Shown here in pieces: positions 48,329 to 61,719 of a DNA stretch of 64,000 nt (within the stretch, counting starts at the first letter, position 1; each line of letters opens with the position of its first letter). This DNA comes from Microthyrium microscopicum. Lineage: Eukaryota. Location of the stretch: positions 1,685,530-1,749,529 of the forward strand of contig MU004238.1 of assembly GCA_010405405.1 (NCBI GenBank), written 5' to 3'. Below the pieces are notes generated by a model, which saw only the letters and a program-made list of their open reading frames with translations, searched no databases and was not told where the DNA came from. Made by a program: the position numbers and the translations under genes.

Positions 48329-50694
48329 TCAATCCTTTCGATTGTTCGGATGAAAACTGCACTTCCTTCCATGAGCGCTGTTATCGCTGTCGACTATCTT
48401 TTTATGAGAGGCTAGACATTCGTAACAGAACTGGTATTCGCAACTCGAACCTGTACGAAAGCCACGGGTCAGGATACGTTCTCTCGATTATGACAGCAAC
48501 GACAAGTGCTATGATGTTCCTGAGCATCCAGGAGCATGACGGGATCTGTATGGATTGAGGCATCCCCAACAGAATTCATGGCGACATTTGATACCTAATG
48601 AGAACAATTAAAGCCATCCCTCAACGCATTTCTGATGGATGAAGACAATGTACTAAGGATCATTTCGAAAAGCTGACGTACCATATGAAGGCGAGTTCAA
48701 AGACAGCAAGGCGGGAAACTAGAAAAGAGCAGCGAAACAACTTACAGGTCATATGAGCACTATCAAAATCAGTAAAGGTTCACTAGTAACAAAGCAGATC
48801 ATAAACTCACCATCCATCGTTCTTCTCAATAGGCCATGTACATTTCGGGCACTTCTTTGTGGTCCTCGCTATAGTACGAAGATTAGCCTGTTCTTCTTTA
48901 GCTTTCTTCTCAGCTTCTCTCCGAATCTGCTGCCTGGCAGCTTCCGCTTTTTGTCGTTCTGCCTCTCGTCTAGCCTGTTCCCGGCGATCTCGTTCAAGCC
49001 GCGCTTTTCGATCTCGCTCGGCTTGTCGCTGGGCTTCCTCTCGCTCATCCTGTGCCATAAGAGATTGTGCGAATCTTTGATCAGCTTCCTCTTGCTCTCG
49101 TCTTATGCGCTCGACTTCTCTTTGACTTTTCTCATTCTGCTCGTTTTGTAGCTCTAGTCGACTTTGGAAATTGTCCGGATCTGCAAGAAACTCATCATAT
49201 TCTTCGCAGGAAAGTGTCTCGTGCCATGGGACCTTGTGGTGAAAGCAGAACTGTTGTTTGCATCCAATGCATCTGATTATTGGTGAGTTAGTTCCCGATT
49301 CATGAATATGCGCTGCACCGCAGGTTGGCAGTGGACAACGGAACAGTCCCGGAATCTGATCAATTGTGCTTTCGGTTGCTAGACTGGAGAACCTAAGTTT
49401 ATAGATTAATGCTTCGTTTGCTGAACTAATTGTTGATATCTATACGCACTTCTGAAAAGTGACAGGATCCGAGTATCTTTGAACGTCACTAACTTCCAAA
49501 GACTTGGAGCACTCTGGACACTTGATAGACCCTTCGTTGAATACCTTGTTCTCCATTTGAGTCTTGATATATGTTTGCAAGCAAGTCAGACACGTAGTTG
49601 CTTCATGTTGACAGTCTCTTGTAGGTCTTTGTAACGGAAAGTCGCCAGGTGGCTTTTCTTCAGCACAAATGACACATTCTCGAATATTAAGTGCCCAGTC
49701 TACAAAAGCGTCAATCATGCTAGGAAACGTTAGTGAGGATATGCACAAAAATACCACGATTCTGGTGGAAGCATCCAGTTCTTACCCTTCCGTAGCTTTA
49801 TCTGAACCTTTCTGCCGGTCTGTTGAGAGGAACGGGCTTCCTCTGCTTGTGTTACTCTTTGGGAAGGTGGATTTTCTCTGGACGTTTTCATTTCCCTGCT
49901 CAGCATAAAAATTATCAGCTCTAAATTCTGGTTGAACATGACTCAACATCTCTCTGGACTCAATATGCTTTGGATGAGAGGATCCAGGTGTTTTTCCTTG
50001 GGCCGTGTCCCACGCCTGCTCGTCATATGGTTGCCATAAACTCTCATCTATTGCGTTCAATACAAATTCACTTGCTTCATAGTCGTGGTTTCTGCTGCTT
50101 GTGCTCCCTCGCGGGACAGGTTGGGTGTTGAGGAGGGTCATCAGTTCTTCCTTGTATAACTCTTGAGCTCTTGATCTTGTTAGTATCTCGTCTTTGAGTC
50201 GAGTCCCATAGAATGGCAACTTACAACGCCTGGTCTCCTTCTAGAGTTGGCGCTGGAGGTGAGGATGCGCAATTATCGGCTAAATCGTTCAGTGTAGGTC
50301 TGCGAGGCTTACTAACTGGAGCATAGATGGATGTAGCCAAACCACTGGTCTGCTCAACGGGATTCTTCGGTGCATATGGACCTGCCTGCCGACCTGGAGC
50401 ATATCTAGAGGTTGCCAGCTCATTGCCAGGCCTGAAAGAGAAGTTCGACGTGACGCTAGGAGGCTCGCGTACTGGAGCGTCTATCAAAGTACTCAATCCA
50501 TGAGATCGATTGCCATTCTTTCCAGGTACAGCTCTGCTGAGTCTACTCCTCGGCGCGTAAATCGAACTAGCCAACCCAAGATCGGGTGCAGAATTGCTCG
50601 TGGCACTAACTGGCCTACGCCGAATTTGGCTATGAAAGCCATTTTGTGGCATTTCGTTTGGAAGAGCGGTATGAACGTCCCAGGAGCCTGGCAT
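48329..50694 (-). CDS. RING-IBR-RING (RBR, Ariadne-like) E3 ubiquitin ligase; 5' end uncertain
   Basis: RING1 CVIC...CQH...CLTC...CPEC, then IBR exons, a charged coiled coil, and RING2 KKCPKC...IEKNDGCAHMTC built with a 14 nt micro-exon (48759-48746). Two candidate last exons. Confidence 0.75.
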
Positions 50695-51634
50695 CGCAGG
50701 TGACGTTCTGATAGGCAAAGGATGTATTTTCGAACTGTACTGGAAGGGGCTTCGGCCACCACTATAAAGCTGATCAGCATTGTTCCAACACTCCACGATG
50801 TATCAGATCCACACTCATTAGCATTTCAAAGAGTAACACTAATGTCTTGGCTACTACAGCACCTAGTCTGGAGGGCTCATCTCACTGATTTGCTGTCTCA
50901 ATATCTTCTACTATTGCATCCTCGTAGACTGTGGAAAATGTATGAGCTCTGCGCGGGTAGTAGGTCTCCCTAGAGCGCTCGTCGTCAACGTAAGGCTGAA
51001 CATCGTGCTTCTCATCACGGTCGATATTGAACACCTGGCTGACTTTTTGAGAAAGTCGCCGAAGCATTCTTGAAACGCAACGGAAAGGTCTACGCAAAGT
51101 GAATGTTCGGGTCTTGGTTTCAAAGTAGAAGAAAGTACAAAAGGCAGATGGACGTGAGGATGTACAACACCAGGCTATGAGGTATATAGCTCCATCTCGG
51201 TCATGCCAGGCTGGCTTTCGTATAGCGGGTTGCTACTCGTCGCGTTAGGTTAGATCAGCCAACTCATCATCAGGCTGAGAACAGACCTGTAATCGAGTTA
51301 CTATCAATACCTCAAAAATGGAGTTTAGTTTGGCGTAAAGTCATGTTAACACTGACGTGCTCCAACCAAAAAGATGATCGTCGAAATGTAACTAAAAACA
51401 CGTCCTGATTAGGTTGATTTGAATGGACAGACCAAAGGTTCAGCCGAACCAGTGTCTAGCTAACACTGGTATATGCATGTTGCTAAAGTAGCCAATAAGA
51501 GACCCCTTACTACACATGCTTGTTTCTGCAAACATGGCGCCTACGTCTCCAAGTAAACAGCGCTATGCAGAAAACCCAATGGCCAAAACGCGAACGAGCT
51601 CTTAGGCCTCAATATCATTAGTAACACGCCAGAA

Positions 51635-52711
51635 TCATATCGATGACCTCGAACCACGACTAAACACCCGCTTTAGTGACCAAAATGCAGTCTTGTCTTC
51701 AGGATTTGGCTCCTCAAACTCAAACGGATCACGCAGACTGCCAGGAACAGATGTCCGTCTACCATCCAATTTGTCACGCCCGAAAAGCGCCCAAAGTCCA
51801 CCATTCGGCTCGCCTCCGCCATCCACTTCAGTCAGTCCATTGTCATCATTATCATCATCGCTTCTCTGACGTCTCCGTCCTCTAGTGACTGATGGTGTCC
51901 TGGCATATAGCATTGAACTGCGAGCACTCGCGGACTTGTCTCTTTGATCCATTAATCTCTGTAGACGACCGCGCTCTTTTTTGGCGAAGCGATCATAGCG
52001 TACTGCGATATCATGTTCCATTTGGCGCTCTAGCTCCTGTGGTGAGGGAGATGGTGAGGGCCGTATGATTTTGGATTTCCTGACTTTCTTTGTGTTTTGT
52101 GCTTCGAGTTCGGCTTTGGCGGCCTCGTCTTCTTCTTTCTGCTGCTTTTGCTGTCGATCTTTGCGCATAGCGACCAGGCTGGGATCTGAGAGAATTCTAG
52201 ACCCTAAATAATCTGATGAGGTCCATCCAAGGCATCGTGTCCATAGAGAGTCTAGCGCATCTTGCGCGCAGTCAGCGAAGATGCCAGCTACAACGATATC
52301 TTCAAGAGGGATTTGGCCAACGCTGACATCTCGTAGCTTAACGAGTGTGGCAATGAAAGAAGCAGGGCCTGGGCCCTCGAGGGCTGAAGCTTGCACGAAG
52401 AGCGCCAGATGGATTTGAGATGGATGCGCAAGTTTTGGATGGACAGTGGTGACGAATGCTTCGAGAATGAGATCAGATAGTTGGTGACAAGCTTGTTGAG
52501 CGGCAAAATACTCGGGGTACATTTTCGCGATGTGGAGCTCGATGAGAAACATGTGTGGGTCGGGAACGATTGTGTAGGAGATTTCTTCTGGGTTCAGTCC
52601 GCGGTCTGGTCGAGATTGCGAATGATCATTGTCGTAGCGTGTTACGAGCGCGCCTTTGGGAATATAGCTGTGGTTATAGTCGTCTGACATTTGCCATGCC
52701 TTGGGGTACAT
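51635..52711 (-). CDS. Hypothetical protein
   Basis: Open frame of about 358 aa from the first ATG; charged low-complexity C-terminus; no family recognised. Confidence 0.55.
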   Translation of the reverse strand: MYPKAWQMSDDYNHSYIPKGALVTRYDNDHSQSRPDRGLNPEEISYTIVPDPHMFLIELHIAKMYPEYFAAQQACHQLSDLILEAFVTTVHPKLAHPSQIHLALFVQASALEGPGPASFIATLVKLRDVSVGQIPLEDIVVAGIFADCAQDALDSLWTRCLGWTSSDYLGSRILSDPSLVAMRKDRQQKQQKEEDEAAKAELEAQNTKKVRKSKIIRPSPSPSPQELERQMEHDIAVRYDRFAKKERGRLQRLMDQRDKSASARSSMLYARTPSVTRGRRRQRSDDDNDDNGLTEVDGGGEPNGGLWALFGRDKLDGRRTSVPGSLRDPFEFEEPNPEDKTAFWSLKRVFSRGSRSSI

Positions 52712-53082
52712 CTTGAAATTTTCTCTGGTACGGCCAGGTTCAATGGTTGGGCGAGTCTTGGGTTGCGTAGGCGACACAATTTCTGAGCAGAAGGATGGGA
52801 AGAGGTAGACAATTCACTTTGAAGACCACGTCTGGCTAAGACAAATCTTTGGTAGTATCCAGGAAAGTCGGTCCGCAGATATTCCGGTGGTTTGAGGATC
52901 CAGGATTAGATGAAATCGAGGTGTTTACATAGGTCAGGAGCTTAGAGATTAGGGAGAGCAAACCATTGAGGTGCTTAAGAGGAGCTCAAACCTGAGGACT
53001 TGCTTTATATGCTACATACGCAAGTTACTGAATCGATAGTGAAATCCTAGCATAGCCGTCTCCCAGAAAAAAGTTACTCTGC

Positions 53083-55518
53083 TTATTCTGCAAGTAATGC
53101 GAACAAGAGATATGTCCGCTTCCAGTAATCCGTCGCGCTCTTTTCAATCCGTGATAGTTCCGGGGTGCCAAGTCTGGCCAGGTCTTTGAAGGAGTTTTCT
53201 AACACGTCACTGTTGTTTTCACTATCAGGATTCACAGTTAAGGCGGACTGTAAAAAGTAGTGATCGAACAGTAGCTGCACCAGCTTTTGGGTGGCAAGTG
53301 ATTGACTTTCAGCAGTAGAGGTCTCTAAAGCTTCCGTTTCTGTAGCTGGAGGAGAACTTTCGCCATTTACAATTGCTTCTTGCTCGCTAGCTGTGTGTCC
53401 ATTTGTGGTTGAGCTGTCCACGGTCGATTCAATGCTACGAAAAGCATCCTGTATACAAGACAGTATTTGACTCCGCGATTCGATTTTCAAGGCCCGCGTC
53501 GTTCCTGGAGACCAAAGATCGTTACCTATGGAAGCCATTGAATTGTTCAAATCACGCAAAAACCGGTAAGTTGAAGATGATGGCTGTATAGGAAGTGATG
53601 GGGTTCCTTCCCATAACAAAAGAGCTGGTAGACGTGATGAGCCAGCGAATTTTGACAGGTTCAGTTGAAAGGACTCAAGGGGTCCATGAGTCGCATGATG
53701 AGTCAACTTGGACTGTAACGGTGATATGACCTTGTATCCTAGTTGTGGGGCAACCTGAAGCTTACGACTGAATCCTTCTCCAATGGTTCGCTGTGATAGC
53801 TCTCGGATTATGCGCAGGCAGATGACGGTTGTATGTGGACTAGTGAGAGTAGTATCCTCTGTGACTTTAGATATCATGCTATGCAGTTGCTGCTCTAGTT
53901 CAGTGAAAGCTTTCTTCAGAGAGCCAGAGAGAGCTTCTTCCAAATCTCTTGGGTCGTCTTCACTCAGTAGAGCTCGCCGCGAATCTGCGTCGCCGTCATC
54001 ATCGTCGTCTGCTATATCAAGATCCCAACGGTCATCTTTCATAGTCTTAATAGAGCCCATCAAAGAAGTTATCTCGTTGAGCCAATGATCGTACTCGTCG
54101 GTTACCGCACGTGTAACTTCATCATCGCCTTGGTAAGTATTTCGTACCTTATTCTTGAAAGTAACTGCTCCATTGGAAGCATCGGCAGAAACAAGGATTG
54201 GATCCCATAGCTTGTCTACTGTTTCACTCTCGGTTCTGGACTCGATGGCTGATCGAAGCTTTGCTAATACCTCACTAAACTCGCTCGTCCTCAGAGTGAC
54301 AACATTGGCTAACTTAAGGTTCAAAATTTCGCGGAGCTGGTCGATGATCTCTTCTGGGTCCACGCCAGGAAGGCCTCGTCCACTCCACGGCCAGGCTTGA
54401 AATATTTCCTTGCGCACTTCAACCACCTTGTCAAAATCGGTGATGTGAGCTAGACTCTGCTGTAAGCTCTGGACGAATAATTCAACAGCCTTCTTAGTCC
54501 ATGTTTTCAGGTGTCGGTCAGCTTCAAGTTTCTGAAGTTCGTCATGTCGTGGCCAGGGTGTATATGTTCGTAGTTCTTCCGCAATCCATGGCGCGTGTAC
54601 ATTTAGCTCCAGTTCATTTAACGATGCCACATCCTTTTGCTGCATCAAAGGCAGATCTTTCAAATGACCTAGAGCATCGGAGAGACGTTTGGGAAATATA
54701 AACTGGGAAATGTGAGCGGTTATGACGACCAGTTTGATGGCTTTAGTGGGGTCCGCAGCACCAGACTCATCGTCCACGAGGCACCTTTCCATGGCCCTCA
54801 GCCGAGTACTATGGAAGTGACGGAAGATATCGGTGGGAGTGGCGCTTGTGGTCAGATAATGTGCACACATATGGTCAACTAAGCTTTTCCATTCGGCTTC
54901 GGGATCAGCCAGCCTGTCGTTGATGACTTGGAGCAAGCGGCGTTTCAAAGCGTCTAGCCGAGTCCATAGTGACTCTATCAACTCAGTCGGTGGTTGGTTT
55001 TGGGATAGTACTTTGTATGTCAACCGTGAGAGCACGATGACTTTGGCAGCCAACAGCGGAGAGGAACCAGATTTGAGGAGTCTAGCGAGTACGGCAGCAC
55101 ATTGTCGAAGAAGGGATACTTGGGAGGCTAGGGAAAAGGAAGCTTTACCTAGACACGTATGTTAGTCGTTGTATGGATATATTGTCATCGTATATAGCTT
55201 ACGACGCAATAGTTGGTTCGCATTGAACTTTGCTCGGTTGGCGAATATGCGCTCCACTGCCTTAGAGTTTGATTTCTGAGCCGAGAGGGCGAGGTTCGTT
55301 TCGACAAGCTTCATTTGGGTATCCATGGCAATTATTCTATCAGCGGTGGCCAGCAAGTCGCGATAGCTGGCACCAACGATAGTGCGCAGCTTTTGGGCGT
55401 TCTCATCGGCATGGCTTCGCAGCTGCTGTTCGAACTTTCGAGTCGTGGCGATGGGATGTTGGAAAGCTTCCTCCCAGTCCTTGAAGTCGCGAGGATCTGG
55501 GACTTGGGCGCTCGCCAT
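53083..55518 (-). CDS. COG1: Vps51/Vps67-domain protein, COG complex subunit Cog1-like
   Basis: N-terminal KLRTIVGASYRDLLATADRII (Vps51 domain); one intron near 55200-55130; C-terminal QLLFD and YWKRTYLLFALL. Confidence 0.75.
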
Positions 55519-56538
55519 TTTTTAGCACCAGAAAAGTTTGGCAGTTCTTAAAGGCGCGTTCGGAGATGATCCAAAAGCGGGTATAATTCGCAAAAGGAGG
55601 GAAGAAGTTGGGCAGGGCGGGACAGCTATTTTGAAACTTCACCTCCTCCGGATGCACTTCCAGGTTGTGTGCAAGATAGGTTGCATTGTAATCAGTACCC
55701 ATGCTTTCCGAACACCCCTTACAATTTCTAGATTCCAATCCACGATAGCTCCCAAGTTGTTTGCTCAACACTGGATAGAGTATTTGGCGATACAAAGTCT
55801 TGTGGTCTTTCTCAATTTCTTCATGCTCTGCCTGTCTTGAATAGACAAAAGCAAAAGCAGCTACCGTGATACTATCACCTTTCTCAACACCAAGCGCGAG
55901 CAGGGACATCTTGATCCAACTCCATCTCACCTTGCACTCTTTGCTCTTCTGGTAATGGCTTCATTCTTCCGTCGAATTATCATCTCGTCGGATCAAATGG
56001 TATCCTAAGGCACTCCAACTATTTCTTGAAACCCAAGTGCTCTTTGAACTTTGTCCATCGCTCACATCAAATGCAGCAAGATTTCCACCATCAGTCAGAG
56101 CAAAGACGCATGTCCAATGATGATCCCTACTCAGCAGCCCACGTGCTCGCATCGTTCAAGGCAAAGATGCGCTACAACCTTGCTCAGTGCTATCAACTAC
56201 AGTACTCTTTTCCTGCATGATACCTGTACCAAGCTCCCAAGTAGCGAGTAACATTGGATGTACTATGGAGATCGTCCAAGGGATTGCCATCTAAAGCTTT
56301 CTGACCTCGTGCCGGGCGATTGGACTTTTTCTACTACTGCCGACTGGAATACCAACTCCAAGCGGTGCCATGCAGACAAATCCGGCACCATGAACGGCGT
56401 TGATCACACCAAAGCTTGGCTAGCACCCTAGTACTTATACTAGTCTCAAGAACCGTACCAGAGTACATATTGAGTGGCACCGAAGCTCAGCTACCTCAAC
56501 TTCCATCTCTCTGTCTCTGAAATATTCCCCTCTTCATC

Positions 56539-58367
56539 ATGGCGAACCCATATCATGTCCCCGACCAGGAGAAGAAGGCGCCTCTGCACTCGCCCGATGC
56601 AGAGTCTGAGATTAGCTATGATAAGGGTGATCTGCTCTCCCTTGAGTCAACCGATCCCGCCCTCAATGCTAAAATGCATCTGGTGAACGATGTAAGGAAA
56701 GACCAAATACGATGTAAAGTTCCTCAAGATTGATATTCATACCTCAGGCCATTGACGAGATCGGGTTCACACCTTATCATGCTAAACTCTTCTGCCTTAA
56801 TGGATTCGGGTAAAAATGATTGTTGTCCACGTTTGGAATCGCTTCTTATACATTGATATTTAGCTATGCCACGGATTCTCTACTACTTCTTGTGCAATCA
56901 ATCATTGCCACAAATGCCGGCAACGAATTTCATCCATCTTTCAAACGAGGCCTTACTGTTGCTGTCTACGTAGGAATGCTCGTCGGTGCCATTTTCTGGG
57001 GTCTGTCAGCCGATATCATAGGGCGGCGATTTGCCTTTAATACGTCCCTACTCATCAGTTCCATCTTCGCTATTGTTGCCGGAGCCTCACCCAATTGGAT
57101 TGTGCTGGGACTTTTCACTTGTCTCTCAGCTTTCGGGTCCGGTGGCAACCTTGTCCTTGATACGGCAGTTTTTCTCGAATTTCTACCATCGAAAAGACAA
57201 TGGCTCTTAACTCTAATGGCGGCCTGGTGGGGAGTTGGTCAACTAATAGCTGGACTCTTCGCATGGGCTTTTCTACCAAACTACTCGTGCAAAGATCCAA
57301 ATAACTGTCCAAGATCTTCGAACATGGGCTGGAGATATGTGTGGTTCGCCAACGGTGCTCTAGTTCTGGTCATGTCCATTCTCCGTCTCACAGTAATCCG
57401 ACTACGCGAAACGCCAAAGTTCCTAGTCGGTGAAGGCGAAGATGAAAAAGTGGTCGAAGTACTTCAAAGCATCGCTCAAAAATACAACCGCCCATGTTCT
57501 CTCACCCTCGAGAAGCTCACCGCATGCGGAGTGACCGGAGCATGGAATCAAGAGCGAAGAGGCTCTGTGTCAGCCCACGCAAAGAAACGTTACTCACCGA
57601 GTGAAGTCTTAGTCCATCTACGCGGTCTTTTCGAGACCAAGAAAATCGGTCTATCGACTTCTCTCATATGGCTCTCTTGGCTCTTGATTGGTCTTGCGTA
57701 TCCACTATATAACGTCTTCCTGTTAGTTCCACTGCATCTAATATCGCATTCACGCTAACAATAATAGTCCATCATATCTAGCAACCAGAGGTGCCCAATT
57801 CGGCGCAGACAGCGACTTCATCACCTGGCGCAATTACGCAATCGTAAACACAGCCGGCATCTTCGGTCCCGTTCTAGCAGGCGGGATGTGTGCGTCCGGC
57901 TGGTTCTGGGGTCGCAGAGGTACGATGGTCATAGGCGCACTTGTGACTATGATTTTCTTCTTCTGCTATACTCAGGTCCGCAGCGAGTCACAGAACTTGG
58001 GCTTCAACTGTGCTATCAGTTTTTGCTTAGTAGGTTTCCCCAGATTTCGAGGTCACTCAAGGCTAACTCGTTAAGAACATTTATTACGGCACCCTTTATG
58101 CTTATAGCCCAGAGGTCCTGCCATCTGCGCATCGTGGAACGGGAAATGGCATTTCAATTGGTTTGAACCGCGTTATGGGAATCCTCTCGGCTGTTATTGC
58201 TACCGTTGCTGATGTATGTCCAAGATCTCTAAATTTTGTGTGGATACTGACTACAGCTCTAGACCAACACGCCTGTGCCCATATATATTTGTGCGGCTTT
58301 GTATATCGTCATGGCTATTGTTGCTGCTATATTCCCATTCGAGCCTTACGGCTCAAGGAGTTCATGA
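56539..58367 (+). CDS. MFS transporter (sugar-porter/SV2-like)
   Basis: Multi-exon; IDEIGFTPYH, ADIIGRR, GGNLVLD, YAYSPEVLPSAHRGTG; ends EPYGSRSS*. Confidence 0.85.
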
Positions 58368-58619
58368 TTAATGGCCATGTCAAGTTGAATGGTTGCTACT
58401 TTCGAAGAGAAATACTCTATGCTGCTGTCAGTATCATTTATTCCTCCATACCCGCAAGTTAAAGTGAATGTTACGATTTATCAATTGATTCTTTCAAGCG
58501 AAACAGATAATTTCAAATCTATCCCAAAATTTACATCTATTCCAACGGTCTACTACAATACCCCTATTCTAAATTGATTAATGTACAGCGCCCCAAACAC
58601 TCCCCAAAGTCAAAACTCT

Positions 58620-60873
58620 CTACAGCCTCGACTTGACGATAACCGGAGAATCCGGATACGGATCAGCAGTCAAGTCGTTCAGCGGATTCAACTCACTCGC
58701 CCGATAAAACATATCACTATACACATCCCCGTCCTTCCGTCCCAAACTACTATCAAGCTGAAAGTCTGGGAAATCCCATGCATCCACCAAAGTCACCGCA
58801 TGCGGCCGTATCTCTTTCAACAACCTCATCACCGTAGCCCTACACAGCGTAATCTGATGCACCGTCAACGCTGAGCTCGTGAAGAACTCATTCGCTTCGC
58901 TCTCTAGCGTGTGTAGCGCGTATAGTCTGAAGAGGAGGTACATGATGCCCTTGGTGTCATCGTCTAGCGCATTCTCGGGGTCTTCCGTCACGAGTGTGTC
59001 GTAAAAGTTTTTAACGATGAAGTATTGTGAGTGTGCTTTGGACAGACGGTAGAAGTCGACGAGGAGATCGTTCCATGGCTTTTTCGCCTCGTCGCGTTGG
59101 CGCATGGCGTCGAAGGAGAGGTAGGCGGAGCGCCAGGCGAAGGCGGCGACGAGGTCGGTGTCTGAGCCGAGAACGTCAAAGGCGGCGCCAATTTCGGCGC
59201 GCGATTGGTAGTAGCTGAAGATCTTGGTGGTGTCGTTGGTGATAGGGGCACCGTCCATGACGGAGCGGGCGGTTTTGATTAGCTAGGGTTGAGTTAGTGG
59301 TGGTTCTCGAAGTGTCTTGCGGTACGGAACTTACGTAGCGGGCTACTTGTTGCGTGAGCATGTAGTTGTCGCCTTCCCAAGTGACGTTGGGGAGATAGTT
59401 GGTGGATACATCGCCAATGCCGCTGAAACTTGAGTAGCCGTGACCACCACACGCTCGCCGAGAAGTTTCTAGGCCATCGGCGGTCGTAGTACTGGCTAGA
59501 GACTTTAGGCCACAGGAGGTAGCGTGGAGGTCGGCGAGTTCAGCAATGGCAAATTCCTGCTCTTGTTTGGAGGTGCTGTCAGTTAGCAAGCCCTGCTTTT
59601 GCTGATACATGTCCATCATGATTTTGCCTGTAAAGTGTAGAGCATAGCATGCGGCAAGAAGTGGCAGTAGGCGGTAAGCTACCATTGAGTAGTCCAAGAC
59701 TTGAGTTTCTCCCTTTTGGGAATCCGGAGCTTCTTCATCTTTGAACTGTCTGCGAACGGCACAGTATCTAACGGCGATGGTGACTCCTCGAGCTAGGTAA
59801 CCTCCCGATTGCCATACCTTGGAAGATTAGTTCAACTTCAATCAGCATCAGTATCAAATACGGGAGCTCACAATTGTAGAACGGACCCAAGTCATCGTTC
59901 CGTAAACTTGGGCAGCAGACTTGGGAGGCACATATTGATTCGTCTCTGGGTCAACACTGGAGAATTTGGCAAGCATAGCTTCGTGTGGTACTTTATGATT
60001 GTTGAAAAGAAGAAAGCCATTGTCCATAGTGCTGTAATAGTCAGAAAGGAATATCCCAAGTGTTTTGTACTTTCTGGAAACTTACTTGTATCCTATTTTA
60101 GGTCCAACGTCGCCTACATGTATGTTCTCTAGAGGCTGGTGGGTCTTCATATCGCGAATTTTGACGATGAATGGATGAGGGCCATGGTTCTTGCCATTGA
60201 CTATAAGCTGAGCCATTACGACAGCATGGTTTGCAGTTCTTCCCAAGGTTCCTATCCACCATTTCGAAGCTGTAAGAGTGGGCGAGTGAATGGTGAAAGT
60301 TTTGTCGTCTGAGTTCCATGTTGCTGTTGTTTCTAGTCCCTTTACGTTTGAACCATGTCCAAGTTCAGTTTGAGCATAACAGCCTATGATTTTGTAGTCC
60401 ATGGCGCGCATGAAATACTTTGCGCCTTGCTCATCACTACATTGGCTGAACAGTGTAAGCTACAGAACATCAGTCAGTTACTGTCCTACTATTACTGGGA
60501 GGAAACTCACAAGAAACATTGTCCCATGAAGCATGTATGGAATAGGCTCAGCAATTAAATCCACAGCTACATTATGATCTTCCAGTGACCAATCATGCTC
60601 AACAGCCAGTTGACGAAGCCGCTTTGCTCTCGCCAGTGATTTCTCCCATCGTTCTACACGTCCTTGGAAGTAATTTTGCGATTTGTCGAAAAGGGGTTCA
60701 GCTTGGAGGATTTTGAGAATCTTGGCCTTGATGTCGATGAACTCCTGGCCATACAGAAAGAGCGTAAGCTTGTCGACTGGAATGCTTGACTTGGCCCGTT
60801 CCGCGTCTAGGAGTTGGCTCCCTAGTGGCTCTGCAGGCCTTAGCTTCTTGACCCAAGGTGGAACTGGTGCCAT
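58620..60873 (-). CDS. Peroxisomal acyl-CoA oxidase (Pox1/AoxA-like), PTS1 SRL
   Basis: Multi-exon; GCYAQTELGHGSNV, KWWIG, RRACGGHGY, TWEGDNYML, LDSSLGR; ends KSRL. Confidence 0.92.
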
Positions 60874-61719
60874 GTTGTTTGTTGTGGAGTAGTGAACGCG
60901 CTGAAGTTGAATTGCCTTGACAAAGTTGCGTGGGCAGGCAGCACGATATCTATTTATTTGTTTGACTGACGTTATGATTCTTTTCGGCCGATGGTTAATA
61001 CCAGGTATCCCTGTCCATGTTTCTTTCGGCACATGTGCGTTTCTCGCAAGGTTTGAAGGTAGGGAAACGGAGGCTTAAAATGTATCTAGACTTGTATGCC
61101 ATTTTTTTGCGTACAAATATGGATTATTATATATTACTCTAATTTTATAAGCACGCAACACAACCAATTGGTCGGTCGTCAGAATCCAGGCCGGATGTTT
61201 AATGAGCTGAGGACAATCATACTTCTTTCTTTTACAGCATCAACATACTTCTTTTACCTGCAAAACAGTGTGTATCCAAGTCTGGACTACAAGCCCTATG
61301 ATTTCTAGAGGCAAATTGTCATAGGAAAGCGTGATGTGAATAGCGATACCGAGGCACATGCTACTACACATTTGTTACATTTAATTACTCTACCTTTTCA
61401 AGCCCCTGCTTCGGCTCATTCCGATGCTTTTTGACAGCATTAACACGCCATCATACGATCGTGCTCCAGGCAGTCACAATCGCAAACTGCTAGGTACATG
61501 CGGTGTCGTAGCTCGAACCATCATGCAATTGTAGAACGACACTAGCTTCCGCAATACTGATGGAAGTCTGTACCTGGTCGGCAGGTTTACCCCAGATTCG
61601 AGATCAAGTAGCTACTGATATGCGCTTTGATAATCCTGGGCCGATAATCCAACGGCGAAAGATATGATCTTGCATACTTACCCAGTCAGTGAAGCCGTGA
61701 TGCAAGCAGGATGGTTTCT

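Noticed and set aside
50882..51097. Short minus-strand ORF as a first exon of the RBR gene
   Set aside because: A GTGAG donor is present but I could not find a convincing in-frame acceptor; left unassigned.
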